The notes beneath the pieces were generated by a model. The model searched no databases. It was given only the letters and a program-made list of their open reading frames with translations, and was not told the DNA's origin. Source: Trichosphaerium sp. ATCC 40318 (lineage: Eukaryota > Protista > Tubulinea). Taken from it: DNA of 64,000 nucleotides. How positions within the stretch are numbered: the stretch's first letter is position 1; each line of letters opens with the position of its first letter. Positions 1-11,963 of this stretch are shown piece by piece. Position numbers and translations under genes: made by a program. Where the stretch lies: NCBI GenBank assembly GCA_038496445.1, contig JALMLS010000640.1, positions 1 through 64,000 of the forward strand. The letters run 5' to 3'.

Positions 1-586
1 CCTATGGTAATTCGTTTTTAGCTAAAAAGTTGTGCTCAGCGATTGTCGAAATAAAATAGTGTTCTTATTCTGGAATACAATATAAAAATCATTTTTTCTG
101 CGTATATACTACTTATTGGGGCGATTGGAGTGGTTTTAAAAAAGTGTTCGAAAGACGGAAAAACGCCAATATAATGAGAGATATTGTTGGTGACCTTAAA
201 ATCTAAGGTACGTAGAGGTGTTGGAGTGATTTAAAGACCGCAAAATAACTATTTACGAAACGAGTAAACCATCAACAGTACTGCTCTATCGCGCCCAGAA
301 CGTCCATTTCACAGCTCAATGTTTTAAATTGAGTATGTACCAGTTATATTTGCCGAAAGTGAATCAACCAATGTTCCAGTGATTGGAGCAAAGTCTATGG
401 TGTTGCCCTTGTACTTTTGTGGCCAAACTCGAATGGTCGCGTTAGCTACGATAGATGGCGACAATACTGTTATTGTTCCATGCACAATAGCCAAAAAGCA
501 TGCTAGTACAACCTTAGATTCGTAATAAACTTCCAAGTAGAAAGCTAAAGAGTAATACCTAGGAATACTATAGTTCTTGTCTCCAT
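1..586 (-). CDS. 5' part of the PA-domain 7TM protein (duplicate copy, cut by the window edge)
   Basis: Reverse-complement copy of 43840-44427: signal-peptide-like exon VVLACFLAIVHG. Confidence 0.7.
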
Positions 587-776
587 ACGACTAACCATGT
601 GGTAAAGATGCTGTTGCAATTATAGTCAATAAATATGTACGTTGATGTGGCGAGCTGTTGCTTAAAATAGACATTTTAAGTCTACCAATCTACCTCAAAT
701 AATACCTACAACACATACGAGAGCGTAGAAGGTACATTGCCATATGAATAATTTATTTTAATGCTTATTGAACAGT

Positions 777-1805
777 ATGGAAGCAAAAAAACTCCATGGA
801 CTGTCGGAGTGCGTCGAATATAAGGATGGGTTCATATTAGAGGTTAAAATCCTTGATCAGTACAGTTCAGAATTCGATTCTGTTAAAAAAAAGTACAAAG
901 ACGTTGTTCTTCTTGGTTTAATTATCGTTTATAGATACGGAACTGCTAACTCTATATGCGGATATGTAGCACTTGCTGCATCATATTTTATTGCAAATAA
1001 GGTGACTTGAACTAAATTAAAATCACGTGGGCACTAAAAATGAATCTAGATTAGTACAATTAAAAAAGACGTTGTGTCAAAACAATTATTGGAAGAACTC
1101 CTTCCAGAGCTTTGTAGTATTGATAAAATGCGACCACACATTGTCAAAATAATGTCATATATGCATTCAAAGCGTACAACTTACATTCGTAAACACCCAG
1201 ATGAATTCAAGACTGAAAAGGAGAGAAAAGGGTATTGCTCAGATTGGCTAGCAAATTTCGAAGTCAGGTGAGACGCTTTTGCTTGCATTTGTCTGACATG
1301 ACTAGTGACTACATTAAAATTATAGTGAAAGATTAATGATGCTACGACACTTGAGCAAATCTAATAATGCACCACTTGATTTATACAAGCATGAAGAAAA
1401 GAAACGATTAGTGGAAGAAGACAAGTACTTACCACACAAATACATCTTAGAACAGCCTACAAAGAATACTGATGGGACCACAGGCACCTTTGTAGCGAAT
1501 AATCACATGCTAACTTGTGTTAGGTATTCTAAGGTATACACCTGACGAGTGGGTTGGTAAGAGGAGTAAGGAGACCTTGTATTGTTGCAGATGTTATCGG
1601 TCATTTTCTTGTTATTCAACCTGTCATTGATGAACATGGAACGAACATGCTTGTTATTATTAACTCATCTAAAGAATCAAATTATACAAATTACCCTATT
1701 ATGGGACATTTTTATGATTTACATTTTGGTGGCTGCTATGAGCAAAAGAAGCTTGATGATAGTGTTAAAGAATTTTTCAAAGATTTCACTGTAACGGACA
1801 AATAA
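777..1805 (+). CDS. Spliced putative papain-fold cysteine peptidase; this copy has small frameshifting deletions
   Basis: GT-AG exons join to give LDQY...SICGYVALA...IGHFLVI...IINSS. It has a 4-nt (~1317) and a 2-nt (~1575) deletion relative to the copy at 42601-43635. Confidence 0.6.
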
Positions 1806-2070
1806 ATCACGTGGTAACCTTTTAATAAACCATTTCGACTTGGGGAGTTGATCTTCATTCATCGTTTCACAAAAAACAGTGGAGTCGTCAAAGTCAAGTT
1901 AATTCTTCAAAAATACTTAGCTGACTGGAGTTGAAAAGTAACCATGTTGTTTTTGCTATAGTACATACATCTCGAGGTATTCAACTACACAACGTTTACA
2001 CTTTGGTAAATATCTTGTTTGCGTGTTTTTTCTGTTTCAGTAAACGTAAACAGTAAAACAGTTCAAAAAT

Positions 2071-2152
2071 TGCATGTTGCAGGATTCGAACCCTGCGGAT
2101 GACTCCCAAACGGACCTAAACCGTTCACCATAAACCACTCGGTCAAACATGC
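2071..2152 (-). tRNA. tRNA-Leu(TAG), copy with lesions at the variable arm/T-stem
   Basis: Reverse complement of the 42252-42335 tRNA, but reads GTCATCCGCAGGGTTCGA instead of GTCATCCCGCGCAGGTTCGA. Confidence 0.8.
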
Positions 2153-2254
2153 ACATGATACTTATTCACAGGTTTTGCAGAGGACCGCTTACCAATAATC
2201 GAGGCTGAGAACAAAAACCAATGAACAGAAAAAAACCAGAAAGATGTTAGTATT

Positions 2255-3549
2255 TTATTGTTGTTGATATTCAGCATCAAAGATTTTATCCATGTCAAAT
2301 ACAAGTGAAGGAGAGAAGCATCCTTGATCAGCAGCGATTGATACAATGTATTGAAGAAGCTCTGGAGGTATGTAAGCTTGAATAGCTCGATTGAGACAAA
2401 GCATCAAGAAGAACACTTGATCTCTGAAAACACGAGGAAAATGAAGATGTAATCTTGGATGCCATCTGTGCTTAAGTGCGAGCTTCTTCAATTCTTTAAT
2501 CTCTTCATCTTGTTTTAGGCTCTCAATAATTTCCATACAACTTGTTGTGTCAGAATCTTTGATCAAGGGCGCATTGACGTTTGCACCATACATTCTGAGA
2601 ATAAGTACTTTACTCAACTCTGTTTGTTCAAGAGCAATATTGAGTGGTGTTGCCTTGACGTGAATATCACGGAGTCCTGAGTGATATCCTCCTTGTCGTG
2701 GATCTTCAATACCAATAGATGACGCAGGTTTAGGTATTTCTACTTGTTCTATGTATTCTTTTCTCAACTCAACATCAGCGCCATGATGTAACAGTAGTAA
2801 AAGCGAAAGCTCTTTGTAATTTTCTCCACTTGACGCCAATACACTGTGCAATGCTGTGGTCTTTGTATTCTCTCTGTGTCCGTACTCATTGTTCACACGC
2901 ACTTGATTGAATGCGTTGGGATCAGCAGAAGCAGCAAGTAGGATTTGTAAGACTCTCGGCTCCTTTGCAGCTCTCGTTACAAGTGTTACTTTTGAGCTTC
3001 TGTCCGTCCTCATAGTTGATGCTCCGGTTGATATAGTGCCGTTAGGATCAGCGCCTTTCTTTAGAGCGTATTTAAAAAGGTCGTAGAGCTCTTGAGTTGG
3101 ACTGGAAAAGATACGGTCAATAAGAACCTGGAAAGCACTCTTTTTAACTCCCTAAGACTCCAGCCTCCCTGAGAATACTGGCTGTTTATATCAGCACCAT
3201 GTTTGAGAAGTAGAGTGACTAATTGACAGTTTAATTCCTTGTCTTTGCGGTTTTGTACTTTTTCCTTTGTACCAAGAGCCAAATGAAGCACGTTGTACCT
3301 AAAATGAAGTTAAGAATAATTTAACGTATTTGGTACTTTGTCTTACTTGCAAGAATCCCATCCTTCGCTGTCATCTATTCGTTCGTTGGCGTTAGCACCG
3401 TTCTTTAGCAGCTCTTTTACTTTCTTTATATCGTTTGAGGCTATAGCTGTTTTTAATGATGTCATTTCAGTAGTTGTTTGGTGGTTAGACAATCGAGATT
3501 TTGATTCGGAAATTAGTTGGACCAAAAATTGTTTGACTTTGTTAGACAT
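2255..3549 (-). CDS. Ankyrin-repeat protein (copy with a 1-nt frameshift in a G run near 3150)
   Basis: ANK motifs LLKNGANAN, LLKHGADIN, TALH, HGADVE. One intron. The intact copy is at 40854-42149. Confidence 0.85.
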
Positions 3550-4566
3550 CGTTAAGTTTGTTTAACTGAATCCAATACACGGCTTCACAAATATCCTTTT
3601 ATCAAGTGTCAGTTCCTATTGGTAGAAATTTAAGACCACTTATACCAGCAAAGAACTTGCGCGCGTGGCAAAGAAGACAAGAACAATATTCCAACAAGAT
3701 TTCACTTGAAGCATAAAAATTACCACGTGCAAGGCTTCCTGGTTTCAAACAATTGCTGTTTCGCATTACAAAACACTATCAACGCTGTTACGCAGCCAGG
3801 TGTCTATTTGTATGCAAATAAATAATTTCGGTCTCGTTTGACAAACGCTTGGATTCATACAACATTACCACGTGACAGTGGCATCACCGTTAAAATGAGA
3901 GATTTGCAAGTTCTGTCAGAAGTGTCAGATCCGTCAGATCAGGCAGAAACTGGATTTTGTGTTTCAAGTAGCTTAAAACTGAATGAGACTGCTTCAGATC
4001 TCGTAGCAACAGCTGGTCGATTGGATCTTGCGGAAATAGCCCTGTACATTGTATTGAATAAGCTTGTAAACACCGCCGAATAGTAGTGGAAATACATTGC
4101 GTTTTGTACATTCCTATCTTACTCTGTAGCGCTGCAAAACCGCAGAATATTGCATCCATGAGAAAACATGGTAAATCGCTTTACGACTTTAGTGACTCCA
4201 AAAAGCCTTCACAACAACACAACTAGCGTACTAGCAGTGCCTTTTTTCTATACAACGCTAAATGAGAATCACTAGTCACTCGTAGAAAGACCTCCTTAAA
4301 AGCATGAATAGTAACATTAGCTCTTCATTGAATGTTCTCAGATGCTTAAGTTTTTTTGAAGCGATGTCTTTTCGGCCGGGATCGTGCTATTTAGTAATGA
4401 ATGGTGGTACCGTATGAACAGCACACTTCAGCAAACTGTTGTATAATCTTTAGCGAATATTCTCTGGATAATATCCACCTATGTATTAATATATTCTTTG
4501 CATCAGGTTAGAGAAGCATCACGTGTCAAAAAAAAACAACACTCTAAAAAACAAAGAAAAGAAGCA

Positions 4567-5942
4567 ATGTCTTTCAAGGACTCATTACATGATGCACTGA
4601 TACAGCATATTAAAACACCTTGCCACAAGTTCGGTCCAAGAGATCACGTTTATTTAGTAATTGGTAACATAGGAATATTGTTGAATATCTCCCTACTGAA
4701 GTCCTTAGATACATGTACGACTTTGCTAGAGAAGATAATGACTTACGGAACGAATTTACTACCCTAAGCTATGAGTTTGCTGTAGCTTCTAGATTTGATG
4801 TTTGCTTAAACAAACATGGCCAATTTGTAAGATTTAAAGAATATGGCAAGAAAAAGTGTATCGATACTTGTCACTATGTTCATGGCAAGCTACATGGATT
4901 GTATACATCTAAATACATAGAAACGAATTGTTTGCGCACAAGTGTCATGTATAAGGATGGTTTAAAGGCCGATGGAAGGTATGAGGAGTTAAGTTTGGAA
5001 GGAGAATTGATCAAAAGTTATGAGATACAAAATGGTTTGAAACATGGCAAGCAGTCACTTGTCGATAGCTGGGGTAGTGTCACAACCCACTCAGATTACA
5101 AGAACGGTATTAAGCACGGCGAATTTATAGTCAAATCAGACAGTGGCAAAGTAATACTTAAAGGAAACTACAAAGAAGGCAAGAGAGTAGGATCTTGGAA
5201 AGACGAACGTTTTGAATCTATTTATAGTAGCAATGGTTCTTTAATTGAGACTCATTCGTTTGGTGGATTGATACTTTTGATGTTTGAGCCTGCCTTTCCA
5301 GAAATGAGCTTATTTGATGACCTCTTAACTAATATCCCAATGACAATTTCAGACTCTTGGCACGGTTGTATTTATCATCGGATACAAAATTACTATACAT
5401 CTTGTATTGATTGCAGAGACCATGACAGTGTGCTAGTTGTACAAGATGATGATACTACTACCAGTCATGAAATAGCTTTGTATAAGATAGAAGATCACTC
5501 AGGAGAACTAGTACGTCATGGAAAGAGCTATGTGTGTAGAGGATTGCTGAAAATTTGCGATTGTGTCAAGTATGAAGAAGGAAAGTTACAGGGTTTGTAT
5601 GAAACTCTTAGTGAGGCAAAGAAACGTTTGGTTGCTGATAGTGATGCTTTGCTGATATCAAAAGAGATGTATAAGGAAGGTGAGTTACATGGCCTAAGAG
5701 AAGAGTTTAGTGAGAATTCTGGTTTCATTATGTCACGTGAAGAGTTTATGGATGGAGAACCACATGGACAAAGAATTTTTTGGTACACAGATACGAAACA
5801 AATGTCAGAATGTGGAGTTTATTTGAATGGAAAGAAACACGGACTATTTGAACGTTGGAATAGAAGCGGAGTTTGTACAGAAAGAGCCCTTTATTCTAAA
5901 GGAGAATGGGTAGGAGAACCTGTAGTTTTCACCCAACAATAA
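4567..5942 (+). CDS. F-box-like + MORN-variant (MORN_2/YwqK-type) repeat protein
   Basis: Exon 1 MSFKDSLH...CHK, intron ~4629-4671, then NIVEYLPTEVLRYMYDF (F-box-like) and repeats such as GKLHGLY, NGLKHGK, DGEPHG, NGKKHGLFERW. Confidence 0.85.
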
Positions 5943-6060
5943 AGGTACTCCAACCTTAGTGACAATATGTGAGTCAAAATACGTTTTTCGACAATAATAG
6001 CGCACAACACAATAGCATCAGGGGAGATATTAGAAGTTAACAAACAATACTTCATTGCAT

Positions 6061-6777
6061 ATGGAGCTCGTTAAACTTAACGTTGGTGGTCAGGAGATAA
6101 CGACAACAACAAAAACACTATGTAGCGTGCCAGGTTCATTATTAGCATCTATGTTTAGCGGCAGATGGAGCGAATCGCTTCAAAAGGACGAAAATGAACG
6201 TATTTTTTTGGACGTTGACCCACAGCATTTTAACGTTATCCTAAACTGTCTACGACGCGTACAACGATCAGTAAGACTATTAGAACCGACTATTCTTCAA
6301 AGTTGTTATGAAGACCCTGAAATAGCTGAATTAGCCGACTATTACTGTCTACTGCCAGGGAGGAAGTGTATTAGGGACTTTCTAGCCTACGACTACCGTA
6401 AATCTTACAGCATCGGTTATGGAAGCTGCTCTTATACTACAGGAAGTGTAACATGGACTATAACACTTAACGAGACTTGTGGCAAGATGGGTGTCATTCA
6501 GCCTGAGAAAAAAATGCCTGCGTCTATTTGTGGTTGGACTTGTTATAAACACAGTAATTGGCTTTGCAAGAGAAACGATACTGTACATGTGACATTAGAT
6601 TGTAAGAAACGTGTTCTTCAAGTATACAACCCTTCACTTAACATTGTAAAGACTCTTGGTTTGCCACAAGGAAATGATGTATGGTGTTTTGCTGTTGTTG
6701 TTACAGGTACATCACCTAAGTTTAAGCTTGATAAGACAGAGTATGTACCATTCCCTGAGATGACTGAGGGTAGTTGA
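6061..6777 (+). CDS. KCTD-type BTB/POZ protein with a beta-rich (SPRY-like?) C-terminus
   Basis: VKLNVGG...TL...PGSLLASMFSGRW...IFLDVDPQHFNVILNCLR is a classic T1/KCTD BTB. Intronless. Confidence 0.9.
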   Translation: MELVKLNVGGQEITTTTKTLCSVPGSLLASMFSGRWSESLQKDENERIFLDVDPQHFNVILNCLRRVQRSVRLLEPTILQSCYEDPEIAELADYYCLLPGRKCIRDFLAYDYRKSYSIGYGSCSYTTGSVTWTITLNETCGKMGVIQPEKKMPASICGWTCYKHSNWLCKRNDTVHVTLDCKKRVLQVYNPSLNIVKTLGLPQGNDVWCFAVVVTGTSPKFKLDKTEYVPFPEMTEGS

Positions 6778-6947
6778 ATAAACATCTTTTCTTCGAGAAT
6801 AACCAGTCACTTCATTAAACACAGGCACGTGTTTTCACAACTGGATTAGATATAATAAATACAAAGTATTGCAAACACTAAGCTGTATCTTTCTTTATTA
6901 TAGCAAGATCTAACGTGACACCTGTTAGGGTATTCAAACTGATTTAC

Positions 6948-7868
6948 CTACGGATGCAACGTCACTGTTACACCTGTAGCTTCTAGTGATTTGATACATC
7001 TCTTTGTAATGTTTTTACATCCACGCAATGATAGTACCTTTACACTAGAAAGTGGAGCAAGCCATTCATCCTTTACATTTGTGTTTGATAGAGAGATGGT
7101 ATGAGAATCAGCAAGATGTTTTATATGTTCTTCTCTGATACCTTTACAGCAAGAGAGATCAACTGTATGGACACCTTCCAACGCTTTAAGACTTACTGAT
7201 GTGGCGAGTGTACAGCAAGATAATGTTATGCTATGTGATCTTGACAAGGAAGACAATACGTCATCTGTGACATGAAACCAAGGAAGGTTTATATCTGGTA
7301 CTCCCAAGAGTGACTTTATACCCAACTCTGTAACTCCTACCTCACTTAAATAAATAGACTTCAAATGCTTGGCAATTGGTATTAAGCCTTTGTCTGTTAT
7401 ATTTGGAGCAAACTCAATAGTCAAGTGCTGGACACCACATACAGATATTAATCCTAAGTCTGTAATACGAGGACAATACATGATTGTCAGCTTGCGGACA
7501 GTACAAACATGTTTTAAACCTGAGTTTGTTATGTTTGTGTTGCCCGAAAGTAAAAGAGATTGGACGCCTGAAATCAATGCGAGATCTGAGTCTGTTGCTG
7601 TTCGGAAGTTCAAAAACGATATAAGCGTGTTTTTTAATAAAGGACTTCCTGAAAGGCGAGCACAGTGCGAAGTTGATCGAACGCTGATTTTGCCATAGCC
7701 AAGGTTGTTGTGGATTATAGATGATAATATACTACAGCTTTGAGCAATGGGATAGCGATCATTATTTGATACAAAAGAGAGCACGTGAGTGAGTATCTCC
7801 GCTGGAAAGTCCAAAAGTTGTTTTTCTTTTTTTTTCGATACTCTTTCTGTATTTGCTCTTTTAGCCAT
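6948..7868 (-). CDS. F-box/LRR protein
   Basis: LLDFPAEILTHVLSFV (F-box) followed by AMN1-like LRRs (ITDLGL, LEGVHTVDLSCC). Intronless. Confidence 0.9.
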   Translation of the reverse strand: MAKRANTERVSKKKEKQLLDFPAEILTHVLSFVSNNDRYPIAQSCSILSSIIHNNLGYGKISVRSTSHCARLSGSPLLKNTLISFLNFRTATDSDLALISGVQSLLLSGNTNITNSGLKHVCTVRKLTIMYCPRITDLGLISVCGVQHLTIEFAPNITDKGLIPIAKHLKSIYLSEVGVTELGIKSLLGVPDINLPWFHVTDDVLSSLSRSHSITLSCCTLATSVSLKALEGVHTVDLSCCKGIREEHIKHLADSHTISLSNTNVKDEWLAPLSSVKVLSLRGCKNITKRCIKSLEATGVTVTLHP

Positions 7869-8460
7869 TAGGTGCTACACCGCTTTAATTTGCTACGTTG
7901 TTATAAAAGGGCGAAAAGTACCAAAGTACGTTTGTTGTTTGTAGAGGAATGAAAAACTGCATAGAACTCTAACTTAATTGCTTAAGTTTCGCTTGTTGTA
8001 AAATTTCATTTCAACATTCACAAAAACAATTTCTAACCGGCAAAACCTTCGCGTGTACGTGGTTTAGTCCATTTACCGCAAGCAATCATACACTTTGGGT
8101 TAGTAGCGGATCCAGGTGCCCACACTGACAGAAGCCGTGTACACATGCCATTTCATAATTAACTCTGTGGTGATAGAAAAGTGTACAGTAAAATTAAGAA
8201 AACAGCAAAACGGAACAAAAAAAAGTTATGGTAATTATTCACACTTGCCTGGCTTATAGACTAAAAACACGTGATTGTTTTGGTTTTTCGCTTACTGCCT
8301 TGATTGATGGTTCATTCGGTTGTTTGACTTCCATGCTCGCGCGAAATTATATCAGGGCTAAAGCGGGCGAAAAATAGACTTCTGGTTCGCCGAAAAAAGC
8401 AAGTGTCAGTAAACTTTTTGAACCGCCGGACTAACTTGCATTTTTATACTTTTTATTAGG

Positions 8461-9989
8461 TTACAAGTAGTCTGCTATATTGACCGGAAGAGGCTCAATT
8501 TGAGTTTGATAATAGTTCTGAAGAGCATCAAATGTTCTCAAATCTCTATCAGTAATAAAATTGATAGCTACTCCCTTTCTACCCATACGTGCACAGCGCC
8601 CAACACGATGGATATATGTTGCGAAATCCTGAGACATGTCATAGTTGATAACGAGTTTAACGGATTGAACATCAATACCACGTGCCAGCACGTTCGTAGA
8701 TAGAAGAATACGTGTGTTTCCATCTCGGAAATGCTTCAAAGGGTAAGTAAATAGGTAATAGAAGGACAAGGTAAAACGTACGGCAATGACTTCTTTGCGT
8801 TCAAATTGAGGCATGTCTGCATGAATACAAGAAACAGGATAATCTTGGGCATTTAATTCATCATGGAGACGCTGTACTTCTCTTCTTGAGTTACAGAAGA
8901 TCATAACTTGAGCAACAGATATGGTGTGATACAAGTCTACAAGCACGTCAAACTTGTTTTCGCGGCGCATGCAGTTGACAAAGTATTGGCGAATACCCTA
9001 TGTATGAGTTAGATTTACAGTAGCAAGGTTCTGTTGTTACCTCGAGAGTTACTTCTTCAGTCTTGACAAGAATCTTTACAGGTTTTTGCATAAAGTTCTG
9101 AGTTATTTCCAGCATTGATGGAGGCATTGTTGCGGAGAACAGACCGACTTGAACGTCAGATGGTAAAAAATGGAACAGCTCCTTGATTTGGTCTGCAAAA
9201 CCCATGTCGAGCATTTCGTCGGCTTCATCCAAACATAGAGTTTTAACATTGCGTGTACGCAAGTAGCCCTATAAAACAAGAAAAGTAAGAATAGAAAAGA
9301 AATAATTGAAGAAAAAAACGCGAAAATCAAACAAAAATAGTGTTCGTTTGGTTCACTGGTACCTCATGGACCATATGGTTAACTCTACCAGGAGTTCCGA
9401 CTACAATATGAATTTTATCATTACGAAGTCTTTCTTTTTGTTGCCGAACGTTGGTACCACCAATGAGGAGTTCAACCTTAATTTGAGTGTACTTTGCTAA
9501 ACTTTCGCATTCAAGGCAAATTTGATCAGCAAGGTCACGAGTTGGTGCCAATACTATTGCTTGAACGTGCGGTTTGGTCTCATCAATTTGATTAAGGATA
9601 CCAAGTATGAAAGTTGCTGTTTTACCAGTACCAGATTGCGCTTGAGCGATAACATCTCTTCCTAAGTAGCTATAAGCAACAAAAAAGAAACAGTGGGTAA
9701 TAAAACGAACCAGCGCTAAATGGAACAATGGCTACTTGTTGAATCTTACTAGGGTGTTCGTACCCTTTCCCGTATACACCTCTAATAGAGCGTGAGTAGA
9801 AATAAAGTATTATAGAGCGTCTGCTAACCGTAAGATTTGCTTGTTTAACTTCATATCATCAAAATGTGTGTATTCGGTGAGTGTCTCGCTTACAGTTATT
9901 TCATCTTCGCCCGGCTTTGTAGGAGACTGTTTACCTTCTGTACCTCTGGTAGATGTACTTTGGGATTCTTGTTGTTGTTGAGTGTTCAT
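8461..9989 (-). CDS. eIF4A: eIF4A-like DEAD-box RNA helicase (spliced)
   Basis: [40 protein letters not shown] motifs across GT-AG exons. Confidence 0.93.
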
Positions 9990-10559
9990 GTTGAGTTGAT
10001 TTTTTAGATAATGGCATTTAACTGACTATCAAAAATAAAGACCACGGTTTTCCCATAATTTTCTAAGACACGAAATAAGTATTCTACAATGTATTTAATT
10101 TGTTAGAGTCAATTTAATTACATTTATAAGGAAACAACTGCGTATCGCTGAAAATAACAAAAATGAGAATAAAACCAGATTTTTGAAATGCGTCATTTTC
10201 AGGAGCTGAAATTGCTCATTCACTGTATTACTGAGCATGAGGAAATACTAGTCTTGCGGATATGATAGTGTAGCCTGTGTTAGTACTACTATTTTGAAGT
10301 TATATGAGAGCGAAAAAGAATCCATGCCAAGAAAAGGCAAAGGTGAATGTCTGGACTTTCTTACATATTATGTCCTGCCCTCTTTGTTGCAAAAAGTTCA
10401 AATAATACTACGCTAGCATCACCTACGCACAGCGATGCCACAAACGAAGGTTTTGCACTGTTTTTTTAGCAAGCAAAACTTCTTTGGTGGAATTTTGACA
10501 CAAGCTTTTGAAGCGTGTACAATAATGTAAGTCAATGGTGTGAATAACACAAGTACTGT

Positions 10560-11247
10560 CGACCTATTCTCTCCCAATATGCTTTGTGAAACCAAACTCG
10601 GAGTAATCAATTCACACTTTAATAGCAATCTCGCAAGCTCCTCGCAAGTTCAGCATCTGTTTGCGATATCGTGATATCTCTCTTGGCTACCGAATGAATA
10701 CTATTACGCTCGTTTTAAGTAAATCTTTTTGCGCTCAACCCGACAGCGTGTTTAAGCAAGATTTTAGGTTTAACTGCACTCTTTACCCTTGTACAAGCAC
10801 AATCATGTAATTGCGGATGTGATGCTTGTAGTAGCTGCGATTTTATGGCAGCCAGCTGTACGATGATAACCGGTGACACCAGCCAAACAGATCGTACGTT
10901 TTAATTTGGAAGTTCTTCGTTTTTCAGGACAAAAATGTATTTTCCAACAAGACTGATAACGCACGTGATATTATTCACGAAGCTTTGTTGATTTAAATGT
11001 TAAAAACTACAATAGTTACTGGCTCCTGCTTTGCAATCACAAGTACATCAGTTGTGGGGTCAGTAACAGGAACAACAGGCGATGATTGTATTCTCCTTGA
11101 TTCAGACAGTTCAATAATAGTCAGCAAACAGATGTTAGCTAACAATCTCTGTTTTCTAGTTGTTTTTCTGACCAATTCCCTTTCATTACAAACTGTGAGA
11201 GCATAGGTCCTGTATGTGAAGTTCCTACGTGTTGTCGCAGGATTTAA
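10560..11247 (+). pseudogene. Internally deleted copy (A) of the RTX-like Cys/Gly-rich gene
   Basis: Matches the 5' part of copy B, then jumps to B's last intron at a shared AATAG(T) microhomology (~11113), losing ~730 nt of repeat exons. Confidence 0.8.
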
Positions 11248-11399
11248 TAATATAGTTAAGTCAGCATAACACCCACTATGTTTTATTATTGAGGAAGTAA
11301 TAATTGACAGTATATCATCACTTCTTACTTTTATAACGCAGTTTCATTCCTACAAAAATATCGCTGCATGTTAGTCACACTATATTTTAATTAATCTAA

Positions 11400-11540
11400 C
11401 ACCATCTAATGCCTTAACACCATCCCATGTCACCTGCCTATGCTGTAATACCATCATCTGTAATACCTCTACAACACACTGACAGTATCGTAATAGTGTC
11501 TACCACTTCTACACCAGTGCACAAAACGGAGATATACAAC
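11400..11540 (-). pseudogene. Degenerate LRR relic similar to the 31577-32887 LRR gene
   Basis: Minus strand reads GITDDGITA*AG and DGVKALD, versus VTDDGVNALDG at ~32750. Confidence 0.45.
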
Positions 11541-11963
11541 GCTATCTATTTTATAACATAAGTACTTACTTCACAATCCAAGTGCGCCTTGCCCATCCTT
11601 ATGTACCTTAAAGCAAGAGAATAATTAACATTTCAAGGTCATGTCACTTGATTTTGCTGCGTAAAATAATGTTTATTGCTAACTAGACAAGTAAATAACA
11701 ATAAATATGGGATCATAAAACCAAATCAGTGTTTCTTCATTTTCATTTGAAAATTATTTATTGTGCGTTTACACAGTTGTTTTAAACGCTTATACTTTTC
11801 ACACTTGGTATATAGTGCTAAATAAAGCGTTTAAGCCTATGTGGAACGCTTACATAGTATAGCTCTACAGACAATTCAGCGAAATCGGGTATTCATCGGA
11901 CAAACTTTAAGCTCAGGCAAGAAGAGTCCAGTTACAGAAACAAAACACTACAAATAACAAAGG

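Larger units (their letters stand above)
1..11360. repeat. Left arm of a large inverted segmental duplication (runs off the window start)
   Basis: Position 1 cctatggtaattcg is the reverse complement of cgaattaccatagg ending at 44427. Every ORF from 324 to 9989 recurs on the opposite strand at 34742-44102. Homology is still recognisable but decays at ~11360. Confidence 0.97.

Noticed and set aside
3838-4159. Antiparallel 81- and 89-aa ORFs (also at 40244-40565)
   Set aside because: No recognisable motif, and identity between near-identical arms is not evidence of coding.
10051-10058. DUSE-like TCCCATAA upstream of eIF4A
   Set aside because: No recognisable small RNA 60 nt downstream, and the 8-mer also occurs inside coding sequence.
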